A DNA stretch of 64,000 nucleotides from Candidatus Izemoplasmatales bacterium (GTDB taxonomy: Bacteria > Bacillota_I > Bacilli_A > Izemoplasmatales > Hujiaoplasmataceae), in contig JBMNEZ010000001.1 of assembly GCA_050949045.1 (NCBI GenBank), forward strand, positions 448,001-512,000, read 5' to 3'. Shown here piece by piece: positions 23,001-31,393 of this stretch; the stretch's first letter is position 1, and each line of letters starts with the position of its first letter. The notes below the pieces were generated by a model. That model was not told the DNA's origin. It did no database searches and saw only the letters and a program-made list of their open reading frames with translations. The position numbers were made by a program, and so were the translations under genes.

Positions 23001-23249
23001 TTCCAACAAGCCCAGCGCGGGAATGTCAACGATGCGATCGGCCTGATTCTCTTCGATGAGGTCTTCGACAAGATGGATACCTCGAGAATCAAATCGATGA
23101 TGGAATTCATCCAGTGCCTTCCGGTCCAGATCATCCTGGCGACTCCGCCCCAAAAGATGGAGGTTCTGAGCAAATATACGGATACGACAGTGGTTACCCT
23201 CCGAGAAGGACGGGCCGCAAGAGCCTACGAAGTTGTCCAAAAATACTAA
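20007..23249 (+). CDS. Wadjet JetC / MksB-like SMC ATPase
   Basis: RLINWHYF, Walker A GQNATGKST, FNLAAN..RDLRGYV, long coiled coils around a hinge-like region, signature KSGGETQ, Walker B LILFDEVFDKMD. Confidence 0.88.
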   Translation: MKKLTKIRLINWHYFANETIYIKNNTLITGQNATGKSTIVDAIAFVITAGDQIFNLAANEKSKRDLRGYVKCKLGIDNQEYLRDGDVTGHVALEFFDEVKEKYFTIGTVIDAFGEVMAPKYLFYELEGPISESLFVDDESRIRTTMLFKKAKLADKIYPTRREAKLAFRSRFGSINETYFRLLPKALAFKPIADVKDFIYHYLLEEKVLDVESIKESIQSYRDLEATLKIIKQKITSLQEIKDVYENIQKNQSQKEFLEYFLKLIDVEVIREDIRKKQKQLEKIAVSREKNQKLIAELDHQLEILDDRSKEVYSLLQSDSAFKAGEIYDKEIISLTQKIDEKEEVKQYLSRKVEKVKVLINELKTEYKRPLYDQLAKIDFLDVPDEAFDKTRLQLTDIDRQLQSQIEANQKESGRLEAEKNQMIGEINEVYQTLKELENHQLRYNPMVKRLQSAIEDGVKEQTGESISVHILAELLEVTDPKWRDTVEDFLGQQRFNLIVEPRYFDVALRIYNQIKDNLKIYNIGLVNTKKIQHFNNPEANSLATIIVSDNIDAKHFVNMICGNLIMVDAVENLENHPQAITRDGMIYRSYTVRSLNRNTEKPFIGKRAHEEQTEKWRHQAKKCKEEFQHIQNRLQRLEEETGAIAGLGIPGLVEMMAQTRSLAELKDKRKELSLKKQNVPKESMNQLRLEYEAIKEETRGYANNRRKAYEENGKLQSDDFKIQEEILALETRLNLLQQEIVLLASENLTMEAEANELYKQEILNAPDKKKVVQQYQLRIETELQNLINLEDDLKAKQFKYTSTYNLSYSFGFEYMAEYLQEMDKLVKSELIKYETKVREAREVAERLFKEDFLAKLRNYIVSAQEEIKKINDTLQTIKFGEDTYEFIFPKSKEYGDYYDMVLADESMKSGGEIFNYEFEMKYQRQLEELFINLASSDLNDQGTINKFTDYRTYMDYDIKIKNNRGDVILYSKVFKEKSGGETQVPFYVATLASFVRVFQQAQRGNVNDAIGLILFDEVFDKMDTSRIKSMMEFIQCLPVQIILATPPQKMEVLSKYTDTTVVTLREGRAARAYEVVQKY

Positions 23250-23287
23250 ATGTAAAAAATAGCTGAGAGATCGGCTATTTTTTACAT
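23250..23287. terminator. Strong terminator directly after jetC
   Basis: ATGTAAAAAATAGCTGA-gaga-TCGGCTATTTTTTACAT, a 17-bp stem with one G-U pair. Confidence 0.85.
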
Positions 23288-23330
23288 AGAGCGACTGATT
23301 TATGATATTATATGCTGAGGTGAACTGAAC

Positions 23331-24059
23331 ATGCAGAGATATTTCGTCGAGCCAGCCAATATCATTGACAATGAGGTCACGATTCAGGGACCGGATGTCC
23401 ATCACATCAGGAATGTGATGCGTTTTTCGATCGGTGATTCCCTCGGCATTTGTCCAAACGACGGTACGCTTCGCCTTGCACGGATAACCGCCATTGAAAA
23501 AAGCAAAGTCACGGCGGCGATCTTCAAGACAATCATCGAGAATCAACCTGAACATAAGATCACAATCGCTCAAGCTCTGATCAGAAAAGACCGGTTCGAA
23601 TGGTTTTTGGAGAAAGCGACCGAACTCGGAGTAACCAAAATCATCCCCACCAGGTTCGCACGTTCGATCGTTCAAATTGATGAAAACAAAAGTACGGCAA
23701 AGCTGGAAAGGTACCGGATGATCGTCAAAGAGGCTAGCGAGCAGTCCGAGCGGAATGTGATGCCTTTGATCACCGCGTTCACCGATCTTCCCGATATCGA
23801 TTATTCCAGATACGATATGATATTCTATGCTTCAGAAAGAGATCAGAAAGCATCGCTGATTCGAGATGTGCTCGCTAAACATCTCAAAAGCGGAAAATAC
23901 CTCTTCTTGGTCGGGCCCGAAGGCGGCATCACCGACGATGAAGTCAGCTTGCTTGAGGCAAAAGGGGCGATCCCGATTTCCCTAGGCAGCCGGATCCTTC
24001 GTTCTGAAACCGCAGGCATCATGGTGATGTCGGCGATTCTGAGTCAGTGGGGTGAGTAG
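23331..24059 (+). CDS. rsmE: 16S rRNA m3U1498 methyltransferase RsmE
   Basis: MQRYF, HHIRNVMR, EKATELGV, VGPEGG, SLGSRILRSETA. Confidence 0.96.
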   Translation: MQRYFVEPANIIDNEVTIQGPDVHHIRNVMRFSIGDSLGICPNDGTLRLARITAIEKSKVTAAIFKTIIENQPEHKITIAQALIRKDRFEWFLEKATELGVTKIIPTRFARSIVQIDENKSTAKLERYRMIVKEASEQSERNVMPLITAFTDLPDIDYSRYDMIFYASERDQKASLIRDVLAKHLKSGKYLFLVGPEGGITDDEVSLLEAKGAIPISLGSRILRSETAGIMVMSAILSQWGE

Positions 24060-24060
24060 G

Positions 24061-25344
24061 ATGAAAGTCCGGCTTGTCACCCTTGGCTGCAAGGTGAATA
24101 CCTATGAGAGCGAAGCCGTCGCTGAACTGCTTGAGGCTAGAGACTATGAGATAATCGAGAAGGGCAAGGCCGATGTCTATATCGTCAACTCCTGCATGGT
24201 GACCGCCACCGCCGAGCAGAAATCACGCCAACAGATCCGCCGTTTGTTTCGGGAAAACCAAGAGGGTGTGATCGTCGTGATGGGCTGTCTTTCCGCTCTC
24301 AAACCGGAAGAAATCGCCGCGATTGACGGCGTCGTGATCACGATCGGCACCAAGGATCGGGACAAGATCCCCGATCTTTTGGACGTATACTTTAAAAATA
24401 AAGAGCGGTTCAGACCGCAAAGAGCCGACTTGGTTTCCTCTCAATATGACAATCTGAGCCTGACATCATTTCGAAGTCACCAGCGCGCTTTTCTCAAAAT
24501 CGAGGATGGCTGCGACAACTTTTGTACCTATTGCATCATTCCCTATGCCCGTGGCCCGGTTCGTTCAAAACCAAAGGAATTGGTTATTGAAGAAGCGCGC
24601 AGACTAGCCAAATCCCATCCTGAGATCGTACTGACCGGGATTCATACGGGAGGATATGGAAAGGACTTGGCAAACTATACTTTTCCTGATCTCCTTTCGG
24701 ATTTGGAAAAGATACCAGATCTCAATCGAATCCGGCTTTCATCAATCGAGATCAATGAAATAAGTGATGAACTGATCAGAGTAATCAAGGAATCGAAGAA
24801 AATCGTCAGACATCTTCATATTCCCCTGCAAAGCGGCTCAAACAGAATCTTGAAGTTGATGAACAGGCATTATGACCGGGAAGTCTATCTAAAGAAGATC
24901 GACGAACTGAGAGCAGCTATCCAAGGGCTCGCCCTGACCAGCGATGTTATCGCCGGTTTTCCAGGCGAGACGGAAATGGATTTTAACGACACCCTGGATT
25001 TGATCGAGACCGTTCGATTCAACGAATTGCATGTCTTTCCCTATTCGAAGAGAACGGGGACCGTAGCCGCCAACTATCAAGGAGAGGTGCCCTCGGAGAT
25101 CATCAAAATACGTGCCAGAAGACTGATTGAGGCGGGCGAACGTCTAGCCAAGGCGAAGATTAGGGAGAAAGAGGGTCAAATCCTGAAGGTGATCGCCGAA
25201 AGAAAGCTCGACGGCTACCTCCAGGGGCATAGCGAAGAATACATTCACATCCGCTTTGCGGGTCCGGAAACCCTGATCGCGACCGAAGTCCAAGTAAGAC
25301 TGATTCGGGAGGAGTACCCCCTCAGTCTCGGCGAACTCGTATAA
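24061..25344 (+). CDS. mtaB: tRNA t6A37 methylthiotransferase MtaB
   Basis: TLGCKVNTYESE, radical SAM motif DGCDNFCTYCIIPYARG, HVFPYSKRTGT. Confidence 0.95.
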   Translation: MKVRLVTLGCKVNTYESEAVAELLEARDYEIIEKGKADVYIVNSCMVTATAEQKSRQQIRRLFRENQEGVIVVMGCLSALKPEEIAAIDGVVITIGTKDRDKIPDLLDVYFKNKERFRPQRADLVSSQYDNLSLTSFRSHQRAFLKIEDGCDNFCTYCIIPYARGPVRSKPKELVIEEARRLAKSHPEIVLTGIHTGGYGKDLANYTFPDLLSDLEKIPDLNRIRLSSIEINEISDELIRVIKESKKIVRHLHIPLQSGSNRILKLMNRHYDREVYLKKIDELRAAIQGLALTSDVIAGFPGETEMDFNDTLDLIETVRFNELHVFPYSKRTGTVAANYQGEVPSEIIKIRARRLIEAGERLAKAKIREKEGQILKVIAERKLDGYLQGHSEEYIHIRFAGPETLIATEVQVRLIREEYPLSLGELV

Positions 25345-25373
25345 AAAAAAGCCAAATCAGCGTTTGGCTTTTT
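25343..25373. terminator. Bidirectional terminator between mtaB and a convergent gene
   Basis: AAAAAGCCAAA-tcagcg-TTTGGCTTTTT, overlapping the stop codon of the minus-strand gene. Confidence 0.7.
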
Positions 25374-26049
25374 GCAATCTTTTTTGTTTGATGGCATCGA
25401 TCTTGGCCTGGGCCTTGATCTCCTTCTTGGAGGGTTTCTTCGCTTTCTGCTTGCGCATATGGCTTCTGGCGTTCTTGACAACATCATAGGAAATCGTCAG
25501 ATCGTTGTCGTGGTTGGTCATCCTGAGCGGAGCGCCTTCATGAATATGGATCGGCAGTTCGAAGAGGTAGCCGATGACGGTCGTCAGCATTTGATTCTTG
25601 TTTATGCCCTTGATCAAACCTTTGAGTTTCCGGGATTTTTCCCATCTGTAGACAACCTTGTCCATCTCGTTCAGAAACAATAAGACGAGCTGGCTTTTCT
25701 TTTTATCAGGCGAGATGAAACTTTTTAAAAACACCAGTTCGGGAAGGTTTTTGACATAGTATTCGAGATACTTCTTGACCTTGCGCTTGCCTTTTGCCTT
25801 TAGTTGTTTGTAGGTGTTGGTATTGTCACGTGAGAAGACGTTGACAATCTCTTCGTTCAAGCTGTTGCCGTTATACTTTTTTTGGATCGTCTTGTCGAGA
25901 CGCTTGTAAAATCTTTTGTACCGGGCCGCGTACTTAGCCTTGTTAATGAAGACCGAAAGGACGATCAAAAGGACGATCACCGCGACGGCGATGGCTACGA
26001 CAAGTTTCCAGTTCTCCAGAAGATCGAATGCTAAAAACATCTTGTTCAC
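25357..26049 (-). CDS. Hypothetical membrane-anchored, lysine-rich protein
   Basis: 230-aa ORF with a single N-terminal hydrophobic helix and a very basic C-terminus; no family recognised. Confidence 0.75.
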   Translation of the reverse strand: MNKMFLAFDLLENWKLVVAIAVAVIVLLIVLSVFINKAKYAARYKRFYKRLDKTIQKKYNGNSLNEEIVNVFSRDNTNTYKQLKAKGKRKVKKYLEYYVKNLPELVFLKSFISPDKKKSQLVLLFLNEMDKVVYRWEKSRKLKGLIKGINKNQMLTTVIGYLFELPIHIHEGAPLRMTNHDNDLTISYDVVKNARSHMRKQKAKKPSKKEIKAQAKIDAIKQKRLQKAKR

Positions 26050-26118
26050 CTTCGTTTCGTGTTAAATAAATGATATCATATTAACACGGCAATGGGAATC
26101 GGTTTACCAAAAAAATCG

Positions 26119-26147
26119 TTTACAATTCGCTGTAAATCTAGTATAAT
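26119..26147 (+). promoter_or_regulatory. SigA promoter of rpsU
   Basis: TTTACA-17 nt-TATAAT. Confidence 0.7.
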
Positions 26148-26178
26148 GATTAATGCAAGCGGAAACGGGGTGAAAGCA

Positions 26179-26355
26179 ATGGCTAAAACGGTCGTTAAAG
26201 AGAACGAAAGCATCGAAGACGCACTTCGACGCTTTAAACGCGATGTCTCTCGTGCCGGAACGTTGGCTGAAGCCCGTAAAAGGGAATACTATCTCAAACC
26301 AAGCGTTTCCAAGAAACTCAAACAGCGGCAGAATCAGGGCCGCAGAGGACGGTAG
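26179..26355 (+). CDS. rpsU: 30S ribosomal protein S21
   Basis: [21 protein letters not shown]...[12 protein letters not shown]. Confidence 0.97.
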   Translation: MAKTVVKENESIEDALRRFKRDVSRAGTLAEARKREYYLKPSVSKKLKQRQNQGRRGR

Positions 26356-26363
26356 CCTCGAAT

Positions 26364-26391
26364 GCACTTCACATTGTGAAGTGTTTTTTTT
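26364..26391 (+). terminator. Terminator after rpsU
   Basis: CACTTCAC-att-GTGAAGTG plus a T run. Confidence 0.75.
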
Positions 26392-26468
26392 CCTAGAATT
26401 CCCCAGTATATTGATATATATGATATAATAATTATTTAATCAGGGTTAATAGGGAGTGATGTCTTGAA

Positions 26469-27437
26469 GTGGCGGATTTGACCATAATCGATCTCGAAGT
26501 CGGCAGTCTCGCGGAAATGGTGACGCTGTTTGGGGTCAACGATAAATATCTGAAACTTCTCTCCGAACTTTGCGGCGCCGAGATCTACTCCAATCACATG
26601 GATCTTATGATCGCTACGAAGAACGAGGAGATCATCGATCATGTCAAGAAAATTTTGAGGATTTTATTACAACTTGTGAAACGAAACACTGTCTTCAACG
26701 AACGCGACGTCATCTATATCCACAATCTATTGGCCGAGGCTTCACCGGAAGAGATCATGGATTTATTTATCGGGCGCAAGGAGATCATCAAGACCTTCAG
26801 CGGCAAACCGATCTATGCCAAGACCCTCAACCAGAAACGCTATCTTGAGGCGATCGAAAAGAAAACAGTGACTCTGGGAATCGGCCCTGCCGGCACCGGG
26901 AAGACCTATCTGGCGGTGTTGATCGGACTGAGAAAACTCAAAGATAACCAGATCCGCAAACTGGTTTTGACCAGACCGGCGGTCGAAGCCGGTGAAAATT
27001 TGGGTTTTTTGCCCGGAGACCTCAAGGAAAAGGTCGATCCGTACTTACGGCCCTTATATGATGCCATGTATGAAATCCTCGGCGTCAAACTCACCGAGGA
27101 ATATATCGAAAAGGGCATCATCGAGATTGCCCCTCTCGCCTATATGCGCGGGCGGACCCTCGAGAATGCCTTCGTCATCCTCGACGAGGCTCAGAACACG
27201 ACGATCAACCAGATGAAGCTTTTTCTCACTAGGCTCGGCTTTGGCTCGAAGATGGTCGTCACCGGCGACATCACCCAAAGCGACTTGCCCCCAAAAGTGC
27301 CTTCGGGATTGGTGACCGCCGCCGCTATTTTGCAAGATGTCGACGATATTGAGATCCTGCACTTCAGCAAGATCGATGTCGTCAGGCATCCCTTGGTCCA
27401 AACGATTATCCAGAGGTTTGAAGATGCCAAGCATTAA
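26469..27437 (+). CDS. phoH: PhoH-family ATPase
   Basis: GPAGTGKTYLA, RPAVEAGENLGFLPGDL, APLAYMRGRTL, LDEAQN. Confidence 0.95.
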   Translation: MADLTIIDLEVGSLAEMVTLFGVNDKYLKLLSELCGAEIYSNHMDLMIATKNEEIIDHVKKILRILLQLVKRNTVFNERDVIYIHNLLAEASPEEIMDLFIGRKEIIKTFSGKPIYAKTLNQKRYLEAIEKKTVTLGIGPAGTGKTYLAVLIGLRKLKDNQIRKLVLTRPAVEAGENLGFLPGDLKEKVDPYLRPLYDAMYEILGVKLTEEYIEKGIIEIAPLAYMRGRTLENAFVILDEAQNTTINQMKLFLTRLGFGSKMVVTGDITQSDLPPKVPSGLVTAAAILQDVDDIEILHFSKIDVVRHPLVQTIIQRFEDAKH

Positions 27438-27855
27438 TATCCATGACCATTATGGCAGTAATAAACAGAATCGCTTGATTATTAGAGAAATCGTGAATGC
27501 CGCCTATAAGTATCTCAAACTCAAAACAAAAATCGTTCTCAGCGTCATTTTGGTCAGTGATGATGAAATCAGAGAATTGAACCGTACTTATCGGATGGTC
27601 GATAGCGCGACCGACGTTCTCAGTTTCCCGACGGATGGTCCCGACAACGAGATCGGCGACATCTTCATCTCGCTTGACAAGGTCAGAATGCAAGCCTTGG
27701 AATACAACCACTCCGAAGAGCGGGAACTCGCATTTCTGACGCTCCACGGGTTTCTCCACTGCCTTGGCTACGACCATGGTAACATCGAAGACGAAGAGAG
27801 GATGTTCTCGCTGCAAAAAGAAATCATCGAATCGACAAGATTCAAGAAAGAATGA
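27424..27855 (+). CDS. ybeY: rRNA maturation factor YbeY
   Basis: LNRTYR.VDSATDVLSFP, GDIFIS, HGFLHCLGYDH; ATG at 27424. Confidence 0.95.
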   Translation: MPSINIHDHYGSNKQNRLIIREIVNAAYKYLKLKTKIVLSVILVSDDEIRELNRTYRMVDSATDVLSFPTDGPDNEIGDIFISLDKVRMQALEYNHSEERELAFLTLHGFLHCLGYDHGNIEDEERMFSLQKEIIESTRFKKE

Positions 27856-28250
27856 TTATGGAAAAACTGATTAAGCAGGTCATGGACCTGCGGAAAAACT
27901 CTTATTCGCCATACTCCAAATTCCCGGTGGCAGCCGTGCTGGAATTGAAAGATGGCCGCACCTATAACGGCGTCAATATCGAAAACGCCGCTTTCGGGCT
28001 TTCCAATTGTGCCGAACGGAGTGCGCTTTTTTCAGCCTACTCCGACGGTGTCAAGAAGGAAGACATTAAACAAATCTTCGTTCACACCGACCGTGATTAT
28101 TTTGTCTCGCCCTGCGGTTCTTGTCGCCAGGTGATGCGCGAATTGATGGAGCCGGATGCGAAGATTATCCTTGTCAACGGCAAAGGCGAAACTAAGATCA
28201 TCAAGAACGCCGAACTCCTGCCCTTCGGGTTCTCAAAAGAGCAACTTTGA
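27852..28250 (+). CDS. cdd: Cytidine deaminase
   Basis: YSPYSKFPVAA, GVNIENAA, CAERSA, SPCGSCRQV. Confidence 0.95.
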   Translation: MIMEKLIKQVMDLRKNSYSPYSKFPVAAVLELKDGRTYNGVNIENAAFGLSNCAERSALFSAYSDGVKKEDIKQIFVHTDRDYFVSPCGSCRQVMRELMEPDAKIILVNGKGETKIIKNAELLPFGFSKEQL

Positions 28251-29143
28251 TGTTCCGCTCGGGTTTCATCGCGATCATCGGCGAACCGAACGTCGGCAAG
28301 TCGACGTTCTTGAATCAGGTTCTCGGCCAGAAACTGGCCATCGTCACCGACAAGCCCCAGACGACGAGAAATGTCTTCTCGGGCATTTATAACGCCGATG
28401 ATTGCCAGTTTGTTTTCATCGACACACCGGGCATCCACCACGGCAAGACCAAACTCGGTCGCTATATGAGCGAAGCGGCAATCAACACAATCAAGATGGT
28501 CGATCTCGTTTTGTTTTTTGTCAATGCCTATGATGATGTGAAAAAGAGCAATCTCGAGATCTTGGAAATATTGAAAACCATCGAGACGCCGATTTTTCTC
28601 ATCATCAACAAGCTCGACACGATCAAAGATATCCCGAGGATGCAAAGGGCGATCGCTCCCTACAAGGAGGCTTGCGATTTCGCCGGCGTCTTTGCGATTT
28701 CTGCCCTCACCGGGCGCCATGTCGATCATTTGCTTGAAGACATCAAACAGATGTTGCCGGAGGGGCCGAAATTCTATCCCGACGGCGCTCTGTCGGATCG
28801 TCCGGAGACCTTCCTGATCCAGGAATTCATCAGGGAGAAAGTGATGATCGTGACTAGAGATGAGGTCCCCCATGCCGTGGCCGTCTATATCGAAAAGATG
28901 GAATACAAGAAACAAGTCGTTGTGATCTATGCGACGATCATCGTCGAGAGGCAATCGCAGAAAGCGATTGTGATCGGCAAGAACGGCGAGCGTTTGAAAG
29001 CGATCGGCTCGATGGCGAGAGGTGATATCGAGAACCTATTGAACAAGAAAGTCTTTCTTGAACTATTCTGCAAGGTTGAGGAAGATTGGCGGAACCGCGA
29101 TCATCAACTCAAGGATCTTGGCTACAAACCGGAGAAAAACTGA
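28247..29143 (+). CDS. era: GTPase Era
   Basis: GEPNVGKST, KPQTTR, DTPG, NKLD, KH-domain motif IVIGKNG. Confidence 0.97.
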   Translation: MMFRSGFIAIIGEPNVGKSTFLNQVLGQKLAIVTDKPQTTRNVFSGIYNADDCQFVFIDTPGIHHGKTKLGRYMSEAAINTIKMVDLVLFFVNAYDDVKKSNLEILEILKTIETPIFLIINKLDTIKDIPRMQRAIAPYKEACDFAGVFAISALTGRHVDHLLEDIKQMLPEGPKFYPDGALSDRPETFLIQEFIREKVMIVTRDEVPHAVAVYIEKMEYKKQVVVIYATIIVERQSQKAIVIGKNGERLKAIGSMARGDIENLLNKKVFLELFCKVEEDWRNRDHQLKDLGYKPEKN

Positions 29144-29144
29144 A

Positions 29145-29870
29145 GTGGAAACGAAGAAGACCGAAGTCATCATCTGCAAGCATCAGGATTACAAGGAATC
29201 AAGCCGCCTGTTGGTCGCTTATTCCCTGAAAGGACGCCTGAGTTTTCTCGCTCAGGGCGCCAATAAACTATCAAGCCCCCTGAGAAGTTCCACAGAAACC
29301 CTGAATCGCGTCCTTGTAAGTCACACCGGCAGAAATCTCCAGATTATCAAAGACATCGAAGTCATCAAGGATTATAGTACACTGAAAACGGATCTCATAC
29401 GTTATACCCATGCCCTGCATCTTCTGGAACTCGTGCTCTTCGTCCTTGAGGGCGATACCGATAACGAGATCCTGTATCCTTTTCTCGTCAAAATCTTGGA
29501 CCGGCTCGAAACCGAGCCCGATTATCAAGTATATGTTTTGATGTTTGAGAGCAAACTGCTCTATTTGATCGGCCTTCAGCCCCGGTTTTCAAGTTGTCTT
29601 GTCTGCGGGGGGAAAGAAGAACTCCTCTTCTCGGTTCCAGAAGGAGGTATGTGCTGTTCGAAGCACCGCTTTTCGGGAAAACTGATTCCCCGGGAACTTG
29701 TCAGATGTTGGGAATACCTCTACCGTTTCGACTTGAACAAAGATGGCAAACCGCATCTCGAAATAGGTCAAATCAGGGATCTCAGAGCTCTCATCGACGA
29801 ATATTATGAGTACCATGTGAACGTCAAAACGAATTCCAGGACACTGATTAGAGATCTGGTCGGTTATTGA
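29145..29870 (+). CDS. recO: DNA repair protein RecO
   Basis: Follows era; DYKESSRLL, FESKLLYLIGLQP, CxxC zinc site; GTG start at 29145. Confidence 0.88.
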   Translation: METKKTEVIICKHQDYKESSRLLVAYSLKGRLSFLAQGANKLSSPLRSSTETLNRVLVSHTGRNLQIIKDIEVIKDYSTLKTDLIRYTHALHLLELVLFVLEGDTDNEILYPFLVKILDRLETEPDYQVYVLMFESKLLYLIGLQPRFSSCLVCGGKEELLFSVPEGGMCCSKHRFSGKLIPRELVRCWEYLYRFDLNKDGKPHLEIGQIRDLRALIDEYYEYHVNVKTNSRTLIRDLVGY

Positions 29871-29989
29871 GTTTTGGCGGAAGCAACACAGCCTGGGACC
29901 GGCTTCTTTATTCTGTTTCACCTTGACTTTATCATGATTAATCATATAATTATAATGAGGTATTTTGGGCTTTCGAAGGGATGATCTAG

Positions 29990-31369
29990 ATGAAATTCAC
30001 GATGGAACAACTCGTCAATTATGCCAAGCAATACGGCTTTGTCTACCAAGGGTCGGAAATCTATGGCGGGCTTGCCAATTCCTGGGACTACGGTCCCGTC
30101 GGCGTCGCCCTCCGCAACAACCTCAAAGACGCTTGGTGGAAAGCCTTTGTCAGCCAAAACAAATACAATGTCGGGATCGATTCCGGTATCATCATCCATC
30201 CCGAGGCTTGGGTCGCATCCGGTCACGTGAGCGGCTTTCAGGATCCGATGCTCGACTGCAAGCTCTGTAAGTCCCGGCACCGCGCCGATAAACTGATCGA
30301 GACCGGCACTAAAGGCAAGGTCGACGCCGATGGCTGGAACATCGAGAAGATGCAAAACTACATCATCGAAAACAAATTGAAATGCCCCGTATGCGGGGGT
30401 TTGGACTATACCGACATTCGTTATTTCAACCTAATGTTCAAGACTCACATGGGCGTCGTCGAAGATTCGAAGAATGAAGTCTACCTAAGGCCGGAGACGG
30501 CTCAGGGAATCTTTCTCGATTTCAAGAACGTCCAGAGAACGTCAAGGAAGAAGATCCCCTTCGGGATCGGGCAGATCGGCAAGGCGTTCCGAAACGAGAT
30601 CACGCCTGGAAACTTCATTTTCCGTGTCCGTGAATTTGAGCAGATGGAACTCGAGTTCTTCTGTAAGCCCGGCACTGAACTCGGCTGGTTTGACTACTGG
30701 CGCGAGTTTTCACTCGACTTCCTTTATTCACTCGGCATCAAGAAAGAAAACCTCAAACTCTATGACCATCCGAAAGAGAAACTCGCCTTCTATTCGAACA
30801 GCACCACCGACATCCTTTTCCGCTTTCCCTGGGGTTTTGATGAACTTTGGGGTATCGCTTCGAGAACCGATTACGACCTTAAATGCCATCAGGAAAGAAG
30901 CGGCGAGAATCTCGAATACTTTGATCCCGATACCGAAGAGAAGTACATTCCCTATGTCGTTGAACCCAGTCTCGGCGTCGAAAGGCTCTTCCTGGCCGTC
31001 CTCACCGATTGCCTGACAGAAGAACTGGTCGAAGCGACTGATGAGATGCGGACGCTTTTAAAGATCGATAAGCATTTGGCTCCCTTTACCGTAGCGGTAC
31101 TGCCTCTTGTCAAGAAATACCACCAGAAAAAGACCGAAAGCGTCTTTGAGGAGTTGCTCAAACATTTCCGGGCGACTTATGACGATACCGGCAATATCGG
31201 GAAAAGATACCGGAGACAGGATGCGATCGGCACTCCCTACTGTGTGACGATCGACAGCCAGACGCTCGAGGATGATACTGTCACCGTCCGTTTCCGCGAC
31301 TCCATGGAACAAGACCGCGTCAGACTCGACGAACTGGTTGGTTTCATTGAAAGCGAACTCAATTCCTAA
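29990..31369 (+). CDS. glyQS: Glycine--tRNA ligase (single-chain alpha2 type)
   Basis: SEIYGG, YLRPETAQGIF, FRNEITPGNFIFRVREFEQME, VEPSLGVER, GKRYRRQDAIGTP. Confidence 0.97.
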   Translation: MKFTMEQLVNYAKQYGFVYQGSEIYGGLANSWDYGPVGVALRNNLKDAWWKAFVSQNKYNVGIDSGIIIHPEAWVASGHVSGFQDPMLDCKLCKSRHRADKLIETGTKGKVDADGWNIEKMQNYIIENKLKCPVCGGLDYTDIRYFNLMFKTHMGVVEDSKNEVYLRPETAQGIFLDFKNVQRTSRKKIPFGIGQIGKAFRNEITPGNFIFRVREFEQMELEFFCKPGTELGWFDYWREFSLDFLYSLGIKKENLKLYDHPKEKLAFYSNSTTDILFRFPWGFDELWGIASRTDYDLKCHQERSGENLEYFDPDTEEKYIPYVVEPSLGVERLFLAVLTDCLTEELVEATDEMRTLLKIDKHLAPFTVAVLPLVKKYHQKKTESVFEELLKHFRATYDDTGNIGKRYRRQDAIGTPYCVTIDSQTLEDDTVTVRFRDSMEQDRVRLDELVGFIESELNS

Positions 31370-31393
31370 ACTAGAAAAGAAGAGGGTGAAATT

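Noticed and set aside
29871..29989. T-box leader before glyQS
   Set aside because: The region is too short and has no T-box consensus or terminator.
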